Part shown: positions 49,917-60,361 of the stretch, piece by piece
How the letters are laid out: the number at the start of each line of letters is the position of its first letter
Position numbering within the stretch: position 1 is the stretch's first letter
Source of the DNA: Hydrolagus colliei
Taxonomy: Eukaryota
Length of the DNA stretch: 64,000 bases
Reading direction: 5' to 3'
NCBI GenBank assembly: GCA_035084275.1
Contig: CM068774.1
Location: 558,001-622,000, forward strand
Position numbers and translations under genes: made by a program
Notes under the pieces: model-generated
What the model saw: only the letters and a program-made list of their open reading frames with translations
Databases searched by the model: none
What the model was told of the DNA's origin: nothing

Positions 49917-51096
49917 AGAATCATAGAATCATAGAATTTTACGGCACAAAAGGAGGCCATTCAGCCCATCTAGTCTGTGCCGGCTCTTGGAAAAGAGCGA
50001 TTCAATCCCACTGCCCTGTCCGCTCCCAATAGCCTAATAGACCTGTTCTCCCTAAATAAAGATCTAATTCCCTTTTAAAAGTTGTTATCAAATCAGCCTC
50101 CACCACCTTTTCAGTTATCAAATCAGCCTCCACCACCTTTTCAGGCAATGCATTCCAGATTCGAACAACTCGCTGAGTGAAAAAATTTCTCCTCAGCTCC
50201 CCTCTACTGCGCCTTGAAACTATTTTAAATCTGTGACCACGAGTCACAGATTCGCCCACGAGTGGAAATAGTTTTTCTCTATTTGCCCTGTCGAAACCCC
50301 TCATGATCTTATAAACTTCTATTAGGTCTCCCCTCAATCTTCTCTGCTCCAGAGAGAATAACCCTAGCCTATCTAGCCTCTCCTCATAGCTGAAGTCCCT
50401 CAATCCTGGCACCATCCTAGTAAATCTTCTTTGTACCCTTTCCAATGTCTTCACATCCTTTCTGTAATGTGGTGACCAGAATTGAACACAGTATTCCAGC
50501 TGAGGCCTCACCAAAGTCCTATAGAGGTTAGTCAGCACTTCCTGACTTTTGTACTCTATACCCCTATTTATAAAGCCTAGTATCCCATATGCCTTCTTAA
50601 CAGCCTTGTCTACCTGTCCTGCCACCTTCAACGAGTCACTAACACAAATCCCCAGGTCTCTCTGTTCCTTCACACCATTTAAAATTGTACTATCTAGCCT
50701 ATATTGCCTCCCTTCATTTCTTCTCCCAAAATGCATCACCTCACACTTCTCTGCATTAAACTTCATCTGCCATGTGTCTGCCCACTTTACCAATTTGTCT
50801 ATATCCTCTTGCAGATGGCTACTATCCTCCTCACTGTTTACTATTCTCCCTAACTTAGTGTCATCTGCAAACTTGGAAACTGTACTCCGTACACCCAAGT
50901 CCAGATCATTGATGTAGATTACAAACAGCAATGGTCCCAAAACTGATCCCTGTGGCACACCACTGCTCACTTCCCTCCAGTCTGAAAAACAGCCGCTCAC
51001 TACAACTCTCTGCTTTCTGTCTCGCAGCCAGTTGTGGATCCACGCTGCCACTGTCCCTTTTACGCCATGGGCCTTTAATTTCATATTGGGCAATTT
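49917..51096 (-). mobile_element. Young 5'-truncated CR1, left arm only
   Basis: 366-aa open frame (GVPQGSVLGP, FADDTKL); (CATAGAAT)n tail; TSD CAACAT (49911-49916, 51097-51102); 30-nt in-frame tandem duplication (EKVVEADLIT twice). Confidence 0.93.
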
Positions 51097-51299
51097 CAAC
51101 ATTGCCCGACTCCGCCATTACCTCACCCCCAAAGCCACTGAAACCCTCATCCAGGCCTTCATTACATCCCGGCTTGACTATGCAAACGCCTTGCTGGTCG
51201 GCCTTCCCAACCCCTCCCCCCCCAGGCCGCAGATAATCCAGACTCTGTGGCCCATGTCCTCTAGCATGTGAGTGTGTCAGACAGAGAGAAAGAGGGAGA

Positions 51300-52115
51300 G
51301 TATGTGACAACAACAACAAATTACATTTATAGAGCGACTTTCACGTCGGGAGGACGTCCCAAGGCGCTGCACAGGAGGCGTGTGACCCGAGCTGGGAGGG
51401 GAGTGTTTGGGAAGGGGTGAAACACGAAGGGGAGGTAAAAGAGTTCGGGGTGGAACAAAAGGCACGATCGAAGAGGAAAGTCTTCAAACCGGCCTTGAAA
51501 GAGGAAAGGGAAGAAACGAGAGGAGGGATTGAGGGATGGCATTCCATAGGGTGGGAGCGGAGAAACTGAAGGCCCGGCCTCCGATGGTGGGGCGGTTCGG
51601 GCGGGGGGCTTGGAGCAGGCCAAGTCCTGTTGAACGGAGGGTCCGGGTGGGCGTGTAGGGGGAGAGTAGATCGGTTAAATAGGGCGGGGCAAGGCCGTGT
51701 AAGGCCTTGTAGGTGAGGACGAGGATCTTGAACTCGATCCTCTGGAGGATGGGGAGCCAGTGGAGACGGGCGAGGGTGGGGGTTATGTGGTCGCGGAGGC
51801 GGGTGCGGGATAGTACACGGGCTGCAGAGTTTGGATGGCCTGCAGCCTGTGAATGGAGGAACTGGGGAGGCCGACGAGGAGAGTTTCCGTAGTCCAGCCG
51901 TGAGGTGATGTACACATGCACAAGTGTTTTGGCAGCGCGGGGGGTGAGGTAGTTGCGGAGCCTGGCAATATTGCGCAGGTGGAAATAAGCGGTGCCGGTC
52001 AAGGCGCGGATGTGGGGGAGGAAGGAGAGGTTTGGGTTGAACATGATGCCGAGGTTCCTGATTGGCTTTGTGAGGTGGAGAGTACAGCCTTGGATGTTGA
52101 GGCTGGCAGTGCCCG
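51300..52115 (-). mobile_element. Young L2 3' fragment (left arm); mirror at 52965-53770 (+)
   Basis: [23 protein letters not shown]...[14 protein letters not shown] and (TTG)n tail. Confidence 0.88.
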
Positions 52116-52271
52116 ATATACAGTCACTACAGTAAAGTGTAGTGACTGTGTATATATTGTTAGAGATTAAATTCTCAGGTTGAAAATATCAATTTCTCCA
52201 GTCAAAAATGAGGTTACAGCCAGCCTCCGATTGACCAGGTACTACTGATTCATTTCTTTTAAAACAAATAT

Positions 52272-52921
52272 TGTTAGAATTGGTGAAGAACTGGTGAAAA
52301 TTAGTATAGACTGTTAAAAACAGAGAGTGGGCTAGAATGATGCTATGTGATGTTGTTGTATAACTGCTGTATAAGATAAGGGAAGTTACTACACATAGTT
52401 TGAGTCATCCAGGTCACCATTAGAAACCGGCTAGAACAGACTGCGATAAGAAGAGCTCGTTTGCGAAGAAAGGCAGAGTTGGGTGTAAAAGAGGATGTGA
52501 ATAAGCACGAGAGTGGCATGAGATGTTCACGTGAACACCATGTGTCCAAGAAAGGATAAAAGTGTTGAGACACAGGAATAGAGCGGAGACGGAGGAGCAG
52601 AAGGAGAAGGACCTGATGGAAGATACTGTAACGTGACAGCAGATCCCCAAAGAGATCAACACCCCTACTTTTCCCCCAGACTGACTGAGAGGAGGCAAGG
52701 AAGAGAAAGGACTATTCCCTTTTAACCTGAAGAATGCGTGCCGGGTAGTATATTGTAGTCGTTGTAGTCGTTTTATATGCTTTAGTGTCAGCTCAATGAG
52801 TATACCTGAATAAAATAACCTGTTTTAAAGAAATGAATCAGTAGTCAATCGGAGGCTGGCTGTAACCTCATTTTTGACTGGAGAAATTGATATTTTCAAC
52901 CTGAGAATTTAATCTCTAACA
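52272..52921 (+). mobile_element. Solo LTR at the centre of the fold-back
   Basis: TGTTAGA...TCTAACA termini, 4-bp TSD ATAT (52268-52271, 52922-52925), AATAAA at 52809-52814; same family as 60362-61231. Confidence 0.8.
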
Positions 52922-55127
52922 ATATATACACAGTCACTACACTTTACTGTAGTGACTGTATATCGGGCGCTGCCAGCCTCAACATCCAAGGCTGTACTCT
53001 CCACCTCACAAAGCCAATCAGGAACCTCGGCATCATGTTCGATCAAAAACTCTCCTTCCTCCCCCACATCCGCGCCTTGACCGGCACCGTTTATTTCCAC
53101 CTGCGCAACATTGCCAGGCTCCGCAACTATCTTACCCCCCGCGCTGCCGAAACACTCGTGCACACGTACATCACCTCACGGCTGGACTACGGAAACTCTC
53201 TCCTCGTCGGCCTCCCCAGTTCCTCCATTCACAGGCTGCAGGTCATCCCAAACTCTGCAGCCCGTGTACTATCCCGCACCCGCCTCCGCGACCACATAAC
53301 CCCCACCCTCGCCCGTCTCCACTGGCTCCCCATCCTCCAGAGGATCGAGTTCAAGATCCTCGTCCTCACCTACAAGGCCTTACACAGCCTTGCCTATTTA
53401 ACCAATCTACTCTCTCCCTACACGCCCACCCGGACCCTCCGTTCAGCAGGACTTGGCCTGCTCCAAGCCCCCCGCCCGAACCCCCCCACCATCGGAGGCC
53501 GGGCCTTCAGTTTCTCCGCTCCCACCCTATGGAATGCCATCCCTCAATCCCTCCGTCTCGTTTCTGCCCTTTCCTCTTTCAAGGCTGGTTTGAAGACTTT
53601 CCTCTTCGACCGTGCCTTTTGTTCCCCCCGAACTCTTTTACCTCCCCTTCGTGTTTCACCCCTTCCCAAACACTCCCCTCCCAGCTCGGGTCACACGCCT
53701 CCTGTGCAGCGCCTTGGGACGTCCTCCCCACGTGAAAGTCGCTCTATAAATGTAATTTGTTGTTGTTGTCACATACTCTCCCTCTTTCTCTCTGTCTGAC
53801 ACACTCACATGCTAGAGGACACGGGCCACAGAGTGTGGATTATCTGCGGCCTGGGGGGGAGGGGTTGGGAAGGCCGACCAGCAAGGCGTTTGCATAGTCA
53901 AGCCGGGATGTAATGAAGGCCTGGATGAGGGTTTCAGTGGCTTTGGGGGTGAGGTAATGGCGGAGTCGGGCAATGTTGCGGAGATGGGGAAAGGCAGAGA
54001 GAGTCATGGCCTGGGCTGTGGGGGAGGAAAGACAGTTGAGGGTCGAACAAGAGACACCGAGGTTCCTGACTGGCTTGGAGAGGTCGAGTGAGGAACCATG
54101 GAGGCTGATGCTGCCACTGCCTGATGCACGATCCCTCCCTCCCTCCCAACCTCCCTCCCTCCTCGCTGGTCTCCCCAACTCATGGTGATGGGTTTCTATG
54201 TGTGTCAGATAGACACCGGGATGGTCCTTGCAGCTCCNNNNNNNNNNNNNNNNNNNNNNNNNNNNNNNNNNNNNNNNNNNNNNNNNNNNNNNNNNNNNNN
54301 NNNNNNNNNNNNNNNNNNNNNNNNNNNNNNNNNNNNNNNNNNNNNNNNNNNNNNNNNNNNNNNNNNNNNNNNNNNNNNNNNNNNNNNNNNNNNNNNNNNN
54401 NNNNNNNNNNNNNNNNNNNNNNNNNNNNNNNNNNNNNNNNNNNNNNNNNNNNNNNNNNNNNNNNNNNNNNNNNNNNNNNNNNNNNNNNNNNNNNNNNNNN
54501 NNNNNNNNNNNNNNNNNNNNNNNNNNNNNNNNNNNNNNNNNNNNNNNNNNNNNNNNNNNNNNNNNNNNNNNNNNNNNNNNNNNNNNNNNNNNNNNNNNNN
54601 NNNNNNNNNNNNNNNNNNNNNNNNNNNNNNNNNNNNNNNNNTCGAATCCAGGCAGGTCAGGGCAAAATCTTGGGCAAGTTTCCNNNNNNNNNNNNNNNNN
54701 NNNNNNNNNNNNNNNNNNNNNNNNNNNNNNNNNNNNNNNNNNNNNNNNNNNNNNNNNNNNNNNNNNNNNNNNNNNNNNNNNNNNNNNNNNNNNNNNNNNN
54801 NNNNNNNNNNNNNNNNNNNNNNNNNNNNNNNNNNNNNNNNNNNNNNNNNNNNAATCCATGCAAAAAAATACACAATAATAAAATTGGTCATTTTCAGCGC
54901 ACGACTGTGTGTGGGGGGGACGCTGCAGTGCGCAATCGGCTGCCGCGTTTCGCTCCCCACTAATATACAGTCACTACACTTTACAGTATATCCTGTGAAG
55001 CGCTTGAGACGTCGGTCAGATGTGAAAGGCCGCGATATCCAAATGCCAGGATTGTTTATTATTATTTAACACGGTGACGGGTTCCTGCGCATGTCAGACA
55101 CACGGAGGTTTACCAACAAGCTGGTTT

Positions 55128-55137
55128 ACCACATCCT
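55128..55137. promoter_or_regulatory. ETS:RUNX-like composite motif, gene C promoter
   Basis: ACCACATCCT about 25 nt upstream of ATG 55163, although the flanks have diverged from genes A and B. Confidence 0.55.
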
Positions 55138-55162
55138 CCTGTGTGAAGAACGGAAAGGAACA

Positions 55163-55232
55163 ATGAAGGCCAGCTACATTCTCGCTTTCGCTATTATTTC
55201 TACACAAAATGTCGTGTGCTTTGGAGCTGAAG
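55163..55232 (+). CDS. Gene C leader exon
   Basis: MKASYILAFAIISTQNVVCFGAE+G, 70 nt, phase 1, donor GTAGGG. Confidence 0.8.
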
Positions 55233-58200
55233 GTAGGGAGAGACAGGAGGAGTGTGTGTGTGCGCGAGCGATTGTGAGGGTGTGTGTGAGAGAGAAGAAA
55301 ATGACTGCGTGTGAGTGAGAGACAGAGGTAGAAACGAGCGGAAGATTGCGATACAGAGAGAGAAAGAAAGGAGGAGTGTAGAAATGGGTTATCCGTGTGT
55401 GTGTGTGTTTCTCTCAGTCCTCGTGTTGAACGCACAGTCACTACAGTTTACAGCAAGGCCTGGGGAGCGCTTTGTGACGTCTCGCGGGGTGGGGGGGGGG
55501 TTGAAAGATAGTGTGTCAAGGAGAGAAACTGAGAGAGAGAGACACTGAGAGAGTGAGAGAGAGCGTGAGAGAAGTTGAGAGAGCCTTTGTGGTTTGTGTT
55601 TGAGAAATCCGGTAATGTCATCATTAATCCTACGTTTGCAAAGATCCTGATCATGTATTCCAGACATCTGAAAGCGCTTCACAGCATGCACTGGACAGTG
55701 TAGTGACTGTGTTTTATGGACAAAAGTATTAGCAAGTGTGTCTCAGTCTGTGTTCTCTCCTGCACCAGCTTCCCGCCACATCACTCCCCCCCTCGCCCGT
55801 CTCCCCTGGCTCCCCGTCCCCCAGAGGATCCAATTCAAGATCCTCGTCCTCACTTTCAAGGCCATTCACGGCCTTGTCCCCGCCTGTCTCTCTGACCTAC
55901 TGTCCCCCTATCAGCTGTGCCCGTCCCCTCCGCTCCAGCAGCCTCAGGCCTGCTCCTCGTCCACCGCCCTAACCCCCCAACCATCGGGGGCCGGGCTCTC
56001 AGCCTCTCTGCCCCCCACACTGTGGACTCCATCCCACAGCCCCCCCCCCCCCCCCTCGCTTCCTCCCTTTCCTCCTTCAAGGCCGGTCTCAACACCTTCC
56101 TCTTCACCCCCACTAACTGTCCCCCCCCTCTCCCCTCTCCTTCCCCTCCCCCCCCACTCGGGTCCTGACCAGACTGTTCAGAGCTTTGGGATGTCCACCC
56201 GACGTGAAAGGCGCTGTATAAATGCAATTTTGTTGTTGTTGTTGTTAGAGTACAAGGCTGAGGGAGTCGTGCTGCAGCTGTGTAGGGCCCTATAGACAGT
56301 GGGAGGCTGTTTCCCACTGGTTGGAGAAACTATAACTCTCACAGTCTTGAGATTAGGGGTCAGCCTTTTCGTGCTGAGTTCAGGAACACCTCTTCACTCA
56401 GAGGGCAGTGAATCGATGGAATTCTCTACCCCCAAAAGGCTGTCGATGCTCAGTCAGTCGTTGAACATATTCAAGCCTGAGATTGACAGTTTTTTTTAAA
56501 ATCATAGGCGGGTAAATGGAATTAGGATGGAAAGTCAGCCGTGATCCTATTAAATGGCTGGGCAGGCTCGAGGGGCTGAATGGCCTACTCCTGCTCCTAC
56601 TTATATTTATGTGTTTTTGTCTCGATCTCTGTCTGTGTCTGTGTGTGTGTGTAAGTGTGTGTGTCTGTGAGTGTGTGTGTCTCTCTCTGTCTGTATCATT
56701 GACCTGCAGTCAGGGGGCGCAGGGGTGGGGCAGTGCCTCCCTTATGAAAATACAAACTTTAAATTGTTGATGATTATGTGATGGTGTGTATGTTACAACG
56801 CAAACGTGACTGTTTGTCTCCAGCGACTACTCCTCGTATTGCCAGTGGTATCGTTGTGATTCACTACTACCGTATACACAGTAAAAGCCTGTTTATCCAG
56901 CACCCTCGGGNNNNNNNNNNNNNNNNNNNNNNNNNNNNNNNNNNNNNNNNNNNNNNNNNNNNNNNNNNNNNNNNNNNNNNNNNNNNNNNNNNNNNNNNNN
57001 NNNNNNNNNNNNNNNNNNNNNNNNNNNNNNNNNNNNNNNNNNNNNNNNNNNNNNCTCCCGCCATTGCCTTCACACCTCAGGCAGTGGCAGCATCAGCCTC
57101 CATGGTTCCTCACTCGACCTCTCCACGCCAGTCAGGAACCTCGGTGTCTCTTGTTCGACCCTCAACTGTCTTTCCTCCCCACAGCCAGGCCATGACTCTC
57201 TCTGCCTTTCCCCATCTCCGCAACATTGCCCGACTCCGCCATTACCTCACCCCCAAAGCCACTGAAACCCTCATCCAGGCCTTCATTACATCCCGGCTTG
57301 ACTATGCAAACGCCTTGCTGGTCGGCCTTCCCAACCCCTCCCCCCCAGGCTGCAGATAATCCAGACTCTGTGGCCCGTGTCCTCTACTGCTCCAAACTCC
57401 GTGACCCCGTCTCCCCCCATCCTCGGCCAGACTCCATTGACTCCCCATCACCCAGAGGATCCAATTCAATATCTTGGTCCTCACACATAAAGCCTCTACA
57501 ACCTCTCCCCACCGGCTAAAGGGCGAGCCTTCACTCACTCTGCCTCCAACCTCTGGAACTCCATCCCACAGTCCCCCGCCTCGCTCGCCCCCTCGCTGGC
57601 CTCCCTCAAGTCTCATCTCAAGACTCTCTTCTTCAATGGTCCCATCAGGACGTCTTCCGACGTGAAAAGCGAAATACAAAATGTAATTTTGTTGTTGTAA
57701 TGAGGGAGTGGGAGCTTCTGTGGCCTTTAATCTGTTTCCCTCCTTGGGTTTGATTGTGTGTTCAAAACGGCCATGAAAGCTCCCCCCTCCCCCATTACAA
57801 TCATCACCTCCAGACACCCACTTGCCTCTGGTGTGTTGCCTGCTCTCCCAGGCGAGGGCGGGAGGGTCCATGGAGACCTGCAGCTCAGTGGTTAGATCCC
57901 TCACCTCACAAGCGAGAGACCTGGGTTCGATTCCCGGCAGGTCAGGGCAAAACCTTGGGCAAGTTTCCTTACTCCGCACACACACACAGTCACACACACA
58001 CAGTCACACACACACACAGACATACTGATAGTACAGCCTCACTGTACATCTGTGCCCTCACTGATATACAAAGAAACATCTTAAACACCATATGTTAGGG
58101 GTGACACCCAGTACAGTATTGGAGCTGGGTTGATGACGACGTTCATATGGACTGAGGGAAGCGCCCACCCTGTCATGTTACCCTCCTCATGTCACTGCTC

Positions 58201-59223
58201 TGTCTGTGTCTCTCTCAGTCTCTCTCTCTCTCTCTCTCTCTGTAGTGACGCTGTTGTTGTTGTTAATGGGAAACTGGGTGACAGTGTGTGGCTCCCATAC
58301 CCTCAGCCTCTCTCCCTGGGGGAGATCAGACGTGTTCAGTGGATCCTGCCCTCAGGCCAGTTATTAGCGGAATTCTACAGAGGGCAGATTGAACACTTTA
58401 CTGTGACGAGGATCAATGTGACAGTGAACCTGACTGTACAGATCAGTGACCTGCAGCTCACAGACACTGGGGTGTATAGGGTGGTCACAGTGACGGGAAA
58501 GGGGAGTCAGTATGAAAACCTCTACAATCTCACTGTTTACGGTAAGTTTGGTCTCCTCCCTCTCTCTTTCATTGCCACTCTCCCTCTCTAACTTTCTCCA
58601 CCCCCCCTCCCTCTCTCTCCCTCCCTCTTCCTCACTCTCCCCCACCTCTCTCCCCCTCCCCCTCGCTCTCCCCCGCTTTCCCTCTCTCCCTCCCTCTCCC
58701 TCGCTCCCCCCACCTCTCTCCCCCTCGCTCCCCCTCTCTCTCTCTCCCCCCTCTCTCTCTCTCCCTCGCTCCCCCCTCTCTCTCTCTCCCTCGCTCCCCC
58801 CTCTCTCTCTCTCTCCCTCACTCTCCCCCCACCTCTCTCCCCCTCCCCCTCGCTCTCCCCCGCTTTCCTCTCTCCCTCCCTCTCCTCCCTCGCTCCCCCA
58901 TCTCTCTCTCTCCCTCGCTCCCCCCCCTCTCTCTCCCCCTCGCTCCCCCCCCCCACTCTTTCTCTCCTTCGCCATCCCCCTCTCCCCCCACCCCCCCTCC
59001 CTCTCCCTCGTACTCCCCTCAACAACAACAACAACTTCAATTTATATAGCACCCTCCACGCCGGACGGTGTCTCAGAGCGCTTGGAGCCCTTCTCTCTCT
59101 CTCTCTCTCTCCTCCCTCTCCCTCACCTCCCACCTCTCCTCTCTCTCTCTCCCCTTCGCTCCCCCTCACTCTTTCTCTCCCTCGCCCCCCCCCTCCTCTC
59201 TCTCTCCCTCCCTCCCACCCGTC

Positions 59224-59254
<31 letters not shown>

Positions 59255-60085
59255 CCTCTCTCTTGCTCCCCCATTCCCACTCTCCCTCTGAGATGCTATC
59301 CAGCATGGAGGTCTCTGTATCAATGCAAATTGTTGTTGTTGCTCCTGCATTCAACAGCTCTCTCTCTCCCCCTCTCTCTCACTATCTCCCTCTCTCTCTC
59401 ACTAACACTCTCTCTCACTAACTCTCTCCCTCTCTCTCTCTCACAGAGCGAGTGACTGGAGTTGAAATCACCTCCTCTCTCACTAAAGGCCAGTGCAATG
59501 GGACTCTGACGTGTGATGTGAAGTCTGGTAAACCAGTTATCTTTGTGTGGGAGAGAGATGGGGTTCGTTTGCCCATTTCCCAGCCCAGTGACACCGCTAC
59601 GCTCTCTGTCACTCTCTCCCACAGTAACACTGTGTTCACGTGTAAAGCTGGGAACCCAGTGAGTGAGGATTCGGCAAAGATTACTTTCCAGGACAGAGTA
59701 TCTGTGTTGCGTCTTCTAATGGTGAGTGTGTGTGAGGGAGAGAGAGTGAGTGTGTGTGAGGGAGAGAGGGAGTGAGTGAGTGTGAGGGAGAGAGGGAGTG
59801 TGTCAGAGAGAGTGTGAGAGAGGATGTGTGTATTTGGTGTGAGACGTTGGGATGGATTGAGATGATAGAAGGGGATGTCTGCCGTGTGTATAAGTGAGAG
59901 AGACAGAGAGTGTCAGACACAGAGAGAGAGAGAGAGAGAAAGGATAAGCAGAGGCATGAGAGATTTCAAAATGAATATTTTATGTTTGTTTTACAGGGAA
60001 TTCAGCTCACAGACACAGTGAAGCCTCAGTCACAATTATTGCATTATTTTTTATAGAATTTATATTTGTTGAATACATTTTATAA
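55163..60085 (+). CDS. Gene C: CD48-like IgV-IgC2 protein with GPI-signal-like C-terminus (two -1 indels as assembled)
   Basis: Exons 55163-55232, 58246-58541, 59447-59721, 59997-60085; V and C2 exons are each 1 nt short of phase 1/1 symmetry. Confidence 0.7.
55770..56610 (+). mobile_element. L2 3' fragment followed by CR1 3' end (mirror of 47460-48310)
   Basis: L2 tail with (TTG)n at about 56230-56245, then CR1 tail ending ctcctgctcctacttatatttatg. Confidence 0.75.
57075..57700 (+). mobile_element. L2 fragment; third copy of the segment that holds the CR1 in the left arm (empty site)
   Basis: cgcaacattgcccgac uninterrupted at about 57220. Confidence 0.7.
58246..58541 (+). CDS. Gene C IgV exon
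   Basis: [20 protein letters not shown]...[14 protein letters not shown]...YNLTVY; donor GTAAGT; acceptor reads TGTAG|TGACG, one G fewer than paralogs (296 nt). Confidence 0.85.
59447..59721 (+). CDS. Gene C IgC2 exon
   Basis: RVTGVEIT...QCNGTLTC...[11 protein letters not shown]; 275 nt; adding one base at gagtatc restores ..DICVASSN|G (4th Cys and phase 1). Confidence 0.85.
59997..60085 (+). CDS. Gene C terminal exon, GPI-anchor-signal-like
   Basis: Acceptor gtttgttttacAG, preceded by sequence homologous to the gene B pre-TM intron; phase 1 reading (G)NSAHRHSEASVTIIALFFIEFIFVEYIL*; ATTAAA at 60098-60103. Confidence 0.7.
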
Positions 60086-60361
60086 TGTAAAATATTAATT
60101 AAAAATAATGTACAATTCCACAACCTCGCCCCCCCCCCCCCCCACCCCACCCCCACCCCCGACATCCGTGACCTCCTATCCCCTTATCAACCTGCCCATC
60201 CCCTCCCTCCGCTCAGCAGGCTCTGGCCTGTTCCATGTCCCCCAACCCACCCGCCCAACCATTGGCGGGCGAGCCTTCAGTCACTCCGCCCCCAACCTCT
60301 GGAACTCCATCCCTCCTCTCCTCTTCCATGGTTCCCATCGGTGTTTCTGACTACTCCCTCT

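Larger units (their letters stand above)
47162..56904. repeat. Inverted (fold-back) segmental duplication: arms 47162-52266 and 52821-56904, 554-bp spacer
   Basis: Colinear reverse-complement matches throughout (for example 47162-47290 vs 56778-56904, 48768-48992 vs 55091-55318, 52158-52266 vs 52821-52921); both outer ends run into N gaps. Confidence 0.9.

Noticed and set aside
57880-57970. tRNA-like sequences (also 3230-3320, 7720-7810, 45590-45650, 46250-46340, 63425-63493)
   Set aside because: They have box A/B but no complete acceptor stem and continue into the SINE linker, so they are SINE heads, not tRNA genes.
2572-58541. IgV exons as rearranging Ig/TCR V segments
   Set aside because: They lack the canonical cysteines, end in GTAAGT splice donors rather than heptamer/nonamer signals, and each has its own C2 exon.
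59323-59330. Octamer ATGCAAAT (and ATTTGCAAAT at 6001-6010)
   Set aside because: Single, not conserved in paralogous introns; the second lies within leader coding sequence. Consistent with chance.
58364-59421. Long ORFs rich in SL, ER, PP or GG (also near 11966, 19031, 28651, 62072)
   Set aside because: Translations of (CT)n, (GA)n and C/G-run low-complexity DNA with no domain signal.
60003-60016. 14-nt match CAGCTCACAGACAC between the gene C terminal exon and the V-exon QLTDT block
   Set aside because: No flanking homology, and it is in a different frame in the GPI-like reading; too short to support exon derivation.
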